DNA of 64,000 nt. Source: an uncultured delta proteobacterium (lineage in GTDB: Bacteria; Desulfobacterota; Binatia; Binatales; Binataceae). Made by a program: the position numbers and the translations under genes. Of the stretch, positions 18,607 to 26,386 are shown one piece after another; within the stretch, counting starts at the first letter, position 1; each line of letters opens with the position of its first letter. The stretch is taken from NCBI GenBank assembly GCA_963711565.1, contig CAVQEQ010000003.1, positions 704,001 through 768,000 on the forward strand, read 5' to 3'. The notes under the pieces were generated by a model. It worked only from the letters and a program-made list of their open reading frames with translations. It was not told the origin of the DNA and searched no databases.

Positions 18607-19686
18607 ATGCGGATGGGATTAAATATTCTTGCGGCTGCATCCGCGGCTAATGGCGCCAGCGTCGGACGAGACCAGCGCAGGCTTGGCGTGCTGTTTCTCC
18701 TGCCAGTCGCCATTATGGCGATCATTGGAATTGCGATGGGCGGCTACAGCGAACCATCGTTGGTGGTGGGCGTCCTCGATCGCGCCGACACCGGCGCCAG
18801 CCGCGATCTCATCTCCGCAATTGCCAATCAGCACATGCGTGTTCACAGGTACACCGATCAGCAGAAAATGCGCATCGCGGTCTTCCGTGGCCGGCTCAAT
18901 GCGGGGGTGATTATTCCGTCTGGTTGGCGCGGCGTCGGCGATCTCGACGTTTATCTTTCCCAAGCGAGCGCTGGTTCGCCCATCATCCGGGCGGCGATCG
19001 ATGCTGACCTGAGCCGCCTCGCCATCCGGGCAAAACCCTTGGCGATACCGGTTCAGTATCCAGGCGGCGGCGGGGAGGAAGCACTGCCGCTCGGATTTCA
19101 ATATACAGCGCCCGCGAACCTCGTGCTGTTCGTGATGATCAACGGCCTGGTTTCGTCGCTTGCGATAATGCGGCTGCGCAGCAGCGGACTCTCGCAGCGA
19201 TTGCTCGCCACGCCGGCACGAACCTGGGAGCTGTTCGCGATGCTCACCGTCGGTCCGTTTCAGCAGATGCTTGTGCAATCGCTTTTTCTGATCTTCAGCG
19301 CCCGCTGGTTTTTCGGCGTCCATTGGGGAGATTCGATCGGAGTGTTTCTCCTTACGACTGCGGTGATCTGTTTCGGCGTATCGCTGGTCTTCTTGATGGG
19401 GACTATTTTTCGTTCCCCCGAACAGCCCACTTCCCTCGGCCCATGGATCGGCGTGTTCCTGGGCATGTTGGGCGGATGCATGTGGCCACTGGACGTTGTG
19501 CCACCGTTCATGAAGAGCCTCGCATATCTTTCGCCGGCCGCATGGGCGATGCATGGCTACCTGGCGCTCATCTTCAGCCACGCCTCCGCTGTCGCAATCC
19601 TGCCCGACGTGGCAGCGATGTTACTGTTCGCCATAGCCTTCTCGGCTCTCGGCATCCTCCGGCTTCGTCCCCAGCTTTCGAGATGA
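18607..19686 (+). CDS. ABC-2 type exporter permease
   Basis: RLLATP, LGGCMWPL, SPAAWAM; same topology as the neighbouring permease. Confidence 0.85.
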   Translation: MRMGLNILAAASAANGASVGRDQRRLGVLFLLPVAIMAIIGIAMGGYSEPSLVVGVLDRADTGASRDLISAIANQHMRVHRYTDQQKMRIAVFRGRLNAGVIIPSGWRGVGDLDVYLSQASAGSPIIRAAIDADLSRLAIRAKPLAIPVQYPGGGGEEALPLGFQYTAPANLVLFVMINGLVSSLAIMRLRSSGLSQRLLATPARTWELFAMLTVGPFQQMLVQSLFLIFSARWFFGVHWGDSIGVFLLTTAVICFGVSLVFLMGTIFRSPEQPTSLGPWIGVFLGMLGGCMWPLDVVPPFMKSLAYLSPAAWAMHGYLALIFSHASAVAILPDVAAMLLFAIAFSALGILRLRPQLSR

Positions 19687-19708
19687 CATTCGAAACTGCG
19701 CTGATATC

Positions 19709-20485
19709 TCAAACGGGAAATAGCTTTGGCGGCGAGGAGGCGAATTCGGCCTTGAGGGCGTCGTAGCTTTTCAGATCGTCCATCGTGCGGAAGTAGCCGG
19801 TGTGGACGTAGCCGAACACCGATTGCGCTCTGGCTACCATCGGAGCGAACAGTCCCTCCATCAAGCTCCACCGCGTCGCCGGCGGAATCAGGTCGAGGAT
19901 TGCGGACTCGGCGACAATCACGCCGCAATACATGAATGGCGAAAGTGACGCGGCGACGGCGTCGTCGAGAGCAGGCGGATAGTCGTCGTATCGGAGCGGG
20001 TCGCGGCTCGCCAGCAGGCGCATCCGGCGAAGTCTTTTGGCGGCATCTATTTCGATGCGGCTGTAGTAATCGAGATTCGCGGGATGGTACAGCGCGATGG
20101 TGGCGAGTGCCGCGCGCTCGCGATGAAACGCGATCATCGCGCTGAGATCGAGATCGAGGATCGTATCGCTGTTGGCGATTACGAACGTGTCGCCGCCGAG
20201 AAAATCGCGCAGGCCGCCGAGCGGACCGCCGGTGCCGAGCAAAACCGGCTCGGGCGCGTACGTGATGCGAAGTCCGAGCGCGGAACCGTCGCCGAGTCCG
20301 CGTTGCACTACCGCGGCCAGGTGATGGACGTTGATTGCGACCTCGGTGATGCCTGCGCTACGCAGCATCGCGAGCGGATAGTGGATCAGCGGATGACCAC
20401 CGAGCTCGAGCATCGGCTTGGGCGTCACGTCAGTCAGCGGACGAAGCCGCTCGCCCATTCCGGCCGCAAGTACCAGGGCCTTCAT
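19709..20485 (-). CDS. murU: NDP-sugar nucleotidyltransferase (MurU-like)
   Basis: LAAGMGERLRPLTDVTPKPM, LLGTGG; overlaps the stop of the AmgK-like gene. Confidence 0.7.
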   Translation of the reverse strand: MKALVLAAGMGERLRPLTDVTPKPMLELGGHPLIHYPLAMLRSAGITEVAINVHHLAAVVQRGLGDGSALGLRITYAPEPVLLGTGGPLGGLRDFLGGDTFVIANSDTILDLDLSAMIAFHRERAALATIALYHPANLDYYSRIEIDAAKRLRRMRLLASRDPLRYDDYPPALDDAVAASLSPFMYCGVIVAESAILDLIPPATRWSLMEGLFAPMVARAQSVFGYVHTGYFRTMDDLKSYDALKAEFASSPPKLFPV

Positions 20486-21537
20486 TGCATCAACGCGGCG
20501 CTGAGTTTGGGGAAGTCGGTGCGCATCTCAGCGAGCATCCGGCGCGCTTGCGCGAGCACGTTCGGGATATAGCGACGGTATCCGGTCTTGCCGATCCGCT
20601 CGAAGTTTTCGAAGCGTCCGATCATTTTGAGCGCGTGCTGCAAAACGCACAGGCGATAGCTGGTCATGAAGTCAGCCGGGTCCAGCATCGGCGCGCCGCG
20701 ACGTGCGAGGCCGGCGCAGTAGAAGTCGAGGATGCGGCGCTCGATTGCCGGCGTAATGACTTCATCGGTATCGCGCGTCGTCAGGAGCACGGCGAGGTCC
20801 TGCGCCGCCGGCGCCATCAGCGCATCCTGAAAATCTATGATGCGAATTCGCGGACCGTCCTGGATGAACAGGTTTTCGCGATGGTAGTCGCGATGCGACA
20901 ACACGCGCGGGAAGCGATCGAGTCGCGCGGCTAGCGTCGCGATCTCGGGCGCAATGGTCAAGAAATCGGCGCCTGGTGCGACGGCGGCGAGGCCGACTTC
21001 CCCAAATTCCTTCAGCTCCCATTCGAACAGCCGTCCGCTGTAGGCAATCTCGTGCGCGATACATCGAGAGTCGATTCGAGCGGTGCCGTCAACGTGGATT
21101 CGGAGTAGTTCGGTGACGGCCAGGCGAAAGAGATCCGCAGCATCGGCACCGGGACGACGGACGGCGTCGAGGAGTGAGAGTTCACCGACGTCTTCGACCA
21201 GCATCGCGCGCCGGGCCGGGTCAGCGTCGTAAAGCGCGGGAACCGGAGAGCCGATCGATTCGAGGAAGCGATGCACGCCTAGCCACGGCGGCTCGGCGAT
21301 GGGCGACTGTAGAAGATTGAGGGCGCGGACGTAGCGCGGCAGGTCGTCGGGGCCGAGATCGACGAGGATGGCGGTGGCGGGTGCGGCCGTTTCGTGGTGC
21401 GTCGCGATCGCGACGCGCCAGAAACGGCGGGTCGAGAGATCGCCGCGAAGCGCGGCGATCTCCGCGAGCCGCGCGCGCGGCCATCGCCGCGCGATGGCCG
21501 TCGATGCCCATGCCTGGAACGCGCCGCTGTCATCCAT
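20482..21537 (-). CDS. amgK: anomeric MurNAc/GlcNAc kinase (AmgK-like phosphotransferase)
   Basis: GDLSTRRFWR, EDVG, HRDYHRENL, IDFQDA; canonical pairing with murU. Confidence 0.75.
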   Translation of the reverse strand: MDDSGAFQAWASTAIARRWPRARLAEIAALRGDLSTRRFWRVAIATHHETAAPATAILVDLGPDDLPRYVRALNLLQSPIAEPPWLGVHRFLESIGSPVPALYDADPARRAMLVEDVGELSLLDAVRRPGADAADLFRLAVTELLRIHVDGTARIDSRCIAHEIAYSGRLFEWELKEFGEVGLAAVAPGADFLTIAPEIATLAARLDRFPRVLSHRDYHRENLFIQDGPRIRIIDFQDALMAPAAQDLAVLLTTRDTDEVITPAIERRILDFYCAGLARRGAPMLDPADFMTSYRLCVLQHALKMIGRFENFERIGKTGYRRYIPNVLAQARRMLAEMRTDFPKLSAALMQ

Positions 21538-21688
21538 CGAAGATGGATTCTAGCGGCGCGCGGCATGCTCGCGCGAGTATCACTCGCGCAACTTCTCTTC
21601 GCTGTATGTACTCGTGTCGATCGTTCCCAAAGAACCGCTTATAGGGTATTCATATGAAGATTAGAGGCAATTGTAGAGCGTCCCGAGA

Positions 21689-22042
21689 ATGACTACCTGG
21701 TTTCCCGTCGCTGTGACCCTGCTCGTCGCCGGCTTGATCGTCGGCGTCATGTGCACGATCAACATGATGATCGGGCCGACGCGTCCCAGCGAAATCAAGA
21801 GTGAAGCCTTCGAATGCGGCAATCCGCCGAGCGGCTCGGCGTGGGGGCGCTTCTCGGTGCGCTTCTACCTGACGGCGATCCTTTTTCTGCTGTTCAACGT
21901 CGAGGTGATTTTCCTGTACCCGTGGGCCGTGGAGCTGCGCTACCTCGGGATGTTCGGTTTCGTCGAGGCGCTCATCTTCATCGCGATTCTCGCCGTCGGG
22001 CTGCTGTACGCATGGCAGCGCGGCGCGCTCGACTGGGATTAG
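21689..22042 (+). CDS. nuoA: NADH-quinone oxidoreductase subunit A
   Basis: FECG, FSVRFYLTAILFLLF(N)VE, FLYPWA, GALDW. Confidence 0.95.
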   Translation: MTTWFPVAVTLLVAGLIVGVMCTINMMIGPTRPSEIKSEAFECGNPPSGSAWGRFSVRFYLTAILFLLFNVEVIFLYPWAVELRYLGMFGFVEALIFIAILAVGLLYAWQRGALDWD

Positions 22043-22048
22043 CAATCG

Positions 22049-22549
22049 ATGTTGATAGAAACCATCAAAGCGCGCTTCGGCGCGCAGATTCTTACCGCGC
22101 AAAACGAACGCGACGAGGAGACTTTCACAATCGAGCGCGAACGCGCGTACGATTTTTTCCGCGCGATCCGCGACGAGCCCGATTTCCAATTTAATTTTCT
22201 GACCGACGTGACCGCCGTCGATTGGCTCGAGCGCAAGCCGCGCTACAACGTCGTCTATCAACTGAACTCGCTCAATCTCGCCCATCGCATCCGCGTGAAG
22301 ATCGGCGTCGATGGCCCCGAGCCGTGGGTCAATAGCGTCGTCGGCATCTGGGGCGCGGCAGACTGGCTCGAGCGCGAATGCTTCGACATGTTCGGCATCG
22401 ACTTCAAGGGCCATCCAGATTTGCGGCGCATCCTGATGTACGATTCGTTCGAGGGCCATCCGCTGCGCAAGGACTACCTCTACAACAAACGCCAACCGAT
22501 CGTCGCGGAGATCGACCCGGTCGTGAATCCGATTAGATCCTCGCGCTGA
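22049..22549 (+). CDS. nuoC: NADH-quinone oxidoreductase subunit C
   Basis: DVTAVDW, ADWLERECFDMFGI, GHPDLRRIL, GHPLRKDY. Confidence 0.95.
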   Translation: MLIETIKARFGAQILTAQNERDEETFTIERERAYDFFRAIRDEPDFQFNFLTDVTAVDWLERKPRYNVVYQLNSLNLAHRIRVKIGVDGPEPWVNSVVGIWGAADWLERECFDMFGIDFKGHPDLRRILMYDSFEGHPLRKDYLYNKRQPIVAEIDPVVNPIRSSR

Positions 22550-22570
22550 CGACACGACGCGACACAAGCC

Positions 22571-23786
22571 ATGTCACTGCCCGTCCGCTGGAAAGATAAA
22601 ATCGTGCCGTCGGATCCGTCCGACGAGATCATGGAACTCCAGATGGGGCCATCGCACCCGGCGTCCCACGGCACCATCAAGTTCAACCTCAAGCTCGACG
22701 GCGAGCGCATCGTCGATTGCAACGTCGAGGTCGGCTTCCTGCATCGCGGCTTCGAAAAGATGTGCGAGCAGGGAACCTGGACGCAATGCTTCCCCTACAC
22801 TGACCGGCTGAATTACGCGTCGCCATGCATCAACAACGTCGGCTTTGCGCTCGCCGTCGAGCGCCTGCTCGGCATCGACACGACCGAGCGCTGCAAGTAC
22901 GTGCGCCTGATCATGAGCGAAGTCTCGCGCATCGCGGACCACCTGACGTGCCTCGGGATGGCGTCGAGCGAAGTCGGTGCGACGACGGTCGCGTTCTACA
23001 TGCTCGAGGCGCGCGAGTTTCTCTACGACTTGATCGAGGCGGTCACCGGCGCGCGGCTCACCGTCACATGGTGCCGCGTCGGCGGCATGACGCATGACCT
23101 GCCCGCTGATTTTCCGGATCGGATGAAGGCTTCGTTTGCGCGGCTCGACCAGGTTCTCAGCGATTGCGACAAGCTGCTCTCGCGCAACCGCGTGTTCATC
23201 GACCGGATGGCGAACGTCGGGAAATTTCCGAAGGAAGAGGCGATCTCGTACGGATTGACGGGGCCTCTCCTGCGCGCGACCGGCGTTTCGTACGACGTTC
23301 CGCAAAGCGCATCCGTACCTGGTGTACGACCGGATAGAGTTCGAGGTGCCGGTGGGCGATCGTGGCGACAACTACGATCGTTTCAACGTGCGCTTCCAGG
23401 AGATGTACCAGTCCAAGCGCATCATCGAGCAGGCGCTCGCGGCGTTGCCCGAAGGGCCAGTCACGATCACCGATCCCAAAGTCGTGCTGCCCGAAAAAGA
23501 GAAGGTGTACAACTCGATCGAAGGCCTGATGAACCACTTCAAGCTGATCATGGAGGGCATCCATGTGCCCGCCGGCGAGGTTTACCAGGCGGTCGAAGGG
23601 GCCAACGGCGAATTGGGATTCTACATCGTGAGCGACGGCAGCGGCCGGCCATATCGCGTGCGGGTGCGGCCGCCGTGCTTTCTCGGCATGGGCGCGCTCA
23701 ACAAGATGCTGATAGGGCGCATGATCCCGGACATCATCACGACCTTCGGCATGATCAACATGATCGGCGGCGAGTGCGACCGCTAG
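22571..23786 (+). CDS. nuoD: NADH-quinone oxidoreductase subunit D, +1 frameshift near 23298 (probable sequencing error)
   Basis: GPSHPASHG, HRGFEK, DRLNY; removing one base from GACGTTC restores YDVRKAHPY and reads through to GECDR stop 23786. Confidence 0.9.
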
Positions 23787-23792
23787 CGGCGC

Positions 23793-23811
23793 GTTTCCTG
23801 CTCGCCGCCAA
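23793..23811. repeat. 19-bp direct repeat, left island boundary
   Basis: GTTTCCTGCTCGCCGCCAA identical to 26406-26424. Confidence 0.9.
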
Positions 23812-23825
23812 ACGGTAGCAGCAGT

Positions 23826-24359
23826 TTATGTTTCGCATTTGCAAGGTCCGTCCGGGCCGACGACGACGTGACACCTATCTGCGCGTGCATGTTCGATCGC
23901 CACCCGTGCCATCGCGCCTGTTAGCTTCTTCGGTTCGCGATTCGCTTGCAATAAAACACGCGCAAGTCTCTCCGACTTCCCGCGTTCGTCAATCCGTGCG
24001 TTCCAGTGTCGATCATTCGCTCGTGTGCAAGCTGTTTCTGCGGTTGCTTTGTCAACCTGGATTTCATGCAATTCGGCGGTTTTAATCTCGATATAGAAAA
24101 TATCCTCGTCGAGTTTACTTCTGGTCGAGTTGATCGCCAGACTCACGCGCTCGATGTCAGTCGAGTTTTCGACATGAAACAAACTGAACGTAAGATCGTC
24201 ATCTAGCGAAAAGACTACTTCGGCGATTTTCTTAATTCGATCTTCTTCGGATTGGGCTTCCGGAAACCAAGCACCTCGCCGCGGAATCTTGCGAACGTAG
24301 CAGGGAGGGGTAAATCCCCACCTTTTGCAAATATCGGAATCCGCCTCCCCACATTTCAT
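23826..24359 (-). CDS. putative CmdT-like ADP-ribosyltransferase toxin
   Basis: YVRKIPRRGAW...TFSLF...ERVSLA...R.KLD...ET...ANDRHWN pattern resembles the CmdT ART family as recalled. Confidence 0.55.
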   Translation of the reverse strand: MKCGEADSDICKRWGFTPPCYVRKIPRRGAWFPEAQSEEDRIKKIAEVVFSLDDDLTFSLFHVENSTDIERVSLAINSTRSKLDEDIFYIEIKTAELHEIQVDKATAETACTRANDRHWNARIDERGKSERLARVLLQANREPKKLTGAMARVAIEHARADRCHVVVGPDGPCKCET

Positions 24360-24368
24360 TGTTCAACG

Positions 24369-25448
24369 TCATTCCGAATGTTCGGCAAGAGTCTCACGCG
24401 CGAGCTGACGAATGAATTCGGAGTCGTCGCTAGACGCAAGTTGCTGAAGCATGGCGATTGACGATTTATCAGCCATCTCGCCCAGAGCCTCTACAGCAGC
24501 CTCTCGAATACTGCGGTTCGAATCTTTCACGAATTGGCTGATCAGTGCTCCCTTATGCAACTTTCCTAGCGATCTGACTACACAGTACCAGTACTCGTCC
24601 GTTCGGTGCCGGTCGTACGACCGCGAAGTGAGCGCTTCTGTTGCCAATTGGTCCACCAACTCCCCAGTCTCAACGAGCAAATCGACGGCTTCATCTAACC
24701 GTTCAGAAGCTGGGAAAGTGAATATCGTATCGAGAGCATCCTCAAGCGACTGCCGCGGGAACCTGCTGGACCGAATTTCCCGCGCGACTATTTCACGAAC
24801 GATCTTACGGCGCCGATCGTGGTAGTTTCGAAGGCTGGAAGCGAAGGCGCGAATATCCAGACTAGCGTCGTCACTCGGAGCAAAAGCGGCAACCCCAGTT
24901 CCAAGAAATTCGCTGAAGCTCGGAAGAGGGATCGCGACCGATCTTTGAAGTCCCAACGCCGACAAGAACCCCATTCCAAACTTGCCGATCATAGTGCCGT
25001 ATGCCAGACGATTTTGCTGGCACTGGTAGCATTGAGCTTCAAGATACGCATCGAAAATATAGACCGGTTCCTCTTGAGCATACTTGTTTGTCGCGGCACC
25101 CCAATATCTTTCAAACGGCTCTTTTTCGACGGCCGCAAACGCAACTGTTTCGCGCCGTGTGAAGGGAACTACGAAGGCAACCGCGTTAAGCTTCGCAGTC
25201 GCTTCGCAGAGTCCGAGAAGAAACGCGCTCCCAAGTTTCCCTTCGGATGCAAGGGAGGAAGCGAGTTGCACGGCAGTATAAGCATGGGGCCCGATTGTTC
25301 CCTGAGAACCAACATCCAAATAGAGCGCAAGATGAGGTGGTGCGGTCGAGGAATCCGCGAAATCAAGAAGCACTACCGAATCGCGATCTGAAAACCGTGA
25401 CGGCAAACGAAGAGCGTCGTCCTTTTGCGAAATCCTTTGTTGAGTCAT
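24369..25448 (-). CDS. hypothetical protein with C-terminal HEAT repeats (putative antitoxin/sensor)
   Basis: DSNRSIREAAVEALGEM and DDSEFIRQLARETL HEAT-like helices; ATGA overlap with the upstream gene. Confidence 0.65.
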   Translation of the reverse strand: MTQQRISQKDDALRLPSRFSDRDSVVLLDFADSSTAPPHLALYLDVGSQGTIGPHAYTAVQLASSLASEGKLGSAFLLGLCEATAKLNAVAFVVPFTRRETVAFAAVEKEPFERYWGAATNKYAQEEPVYIFDAYLEAQCYQCQQNRLAYGTMIGKFGMGFLSALGLQRSVAIPLPSFSEFLGTGVAAFAPSDDASLDIRAFASSLRNYHDRRRKIVREIVAREIRSSRFPRQSLEDALDTIFTFPASERLDEAVDLLVETGELVDQLATEALTSRSYDRHRTDEYWYCVVRSLGKLHKGALISQFVKDSNRSIREAAVEALGEMADKSSIAMLQQLASSDDSEFIRQLARETLAEHSE

Positions 25449-26194
25449 TTGATGTCGCCCTTCTGACTGATTTCCAGCGCCATCGAAACCAACTCTGAAA
25501 AAGCTTTGCTGACCGGTATCGGCAATTCAGACTCGGCACCTGGCTTAGTATTTACGTCCAAGTCCAGACGCGCTCCCCATCCAACGTCAACTGGAACAAC
25601 CTGCGGCCGCGAACCGCCAAGATCTATCTGAATTTGCACGGTTTGAAACTTAACGACTGACCACCGAGAAATCCGATTGACGATAATGTTTCCATGTGTG
25701 GATTGCCGCGGCCTGTTTATTGCGTAAAAGAAATCCTCTGCGTCTTCGAAGTCTAAAGTCCTCAAAAATCCGAGATAGCGCGCGAGATCACGATAACCAT
25801 CAGTTCGCGTTTTCACGGGACGAACCAAAACGAGCCCAGTCGCTAGCCGTCCAAGAGTCGGACATTGAGGAAGCCAGCGTTCGATCACTCCCCGGAAAGC
25901 AGGCACAACGGTATCGAGAGCACCGATGCTGCGGATCTCATTGGCCGGAACGTCGGGAGGCCCGTAGGTCCAATCAAATCTTCCTGGAGAGATTGCGAGC
26001 GTCAGCTTCCCGCTCTCAACGACACCCTGTTCGACGTGCTGACCAACAGGAGGTCGCGAGGTACTAGATTCGGCCGGAGTTTGAGCCGCTTGAGCGAACC
26101 AATTCTTTGTATCGGGAGTGGCACCGGCTGGTACGAATCCGGTAAACCTGCAACTCTCCACGAGCCAAGGCGCGACCGGCGTGACGTCTGTCAT
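25445..26194 (-). CDS. TIGR04255-like hypothetical protein
   Basis: About 250 aa beta-rich protein: PGRFDW, LGRLATG, YAINRPR, VNRISRWS, LDLDVNT. Confidence 0.55.
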   Translation of the reverse strand: MTDVTPVAPWLVESCRFTGFVPAGATPDTKNWFAQAAQTPAESSTSRPPVGQHVEQGVVESGKLTLAISPGRFDWTYGPPDVPANEIRSIGALDTVVPAFRGVIERWLPQCPTLGRLATGLVLVRPVKTRTDGYRDLARYLGFLRTLDFEDAEDFFYAINRPRQSTHGNIIVNRISRWSVVKFQTVQIQIDLGGSRPQVVPVDVGWGARLDLDVNTKPGAESELPIPVSKAFSELVSMALEISQKGDIK

Positions 26195-26386
26195 CTTCGA
26201 TTCTTCCAATATTTCATGCGGGCGCCGCAGGTGGGGTCTCGGACCGTGCCTCCAGCAATGATTGCCGGATATGTTTAATATAGCCACGTGTCAGCGTCTA
26301 GCCAATGCCATTGGCAGCCTATTCTATTGCTGGTCATTTTTTCACAAACTTGTTTAGCTATTTGACTCTATGACTGCCCTACATCG

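Noticed and set aside
22571-23786. nuoD as a true pseudogene or programmed frameshift
   Set aside because: Both halves are intact, there is no slippery sequence, and the same GACGTTC lesion recurs in the histidine kinase; more likely a sequencing artefact.
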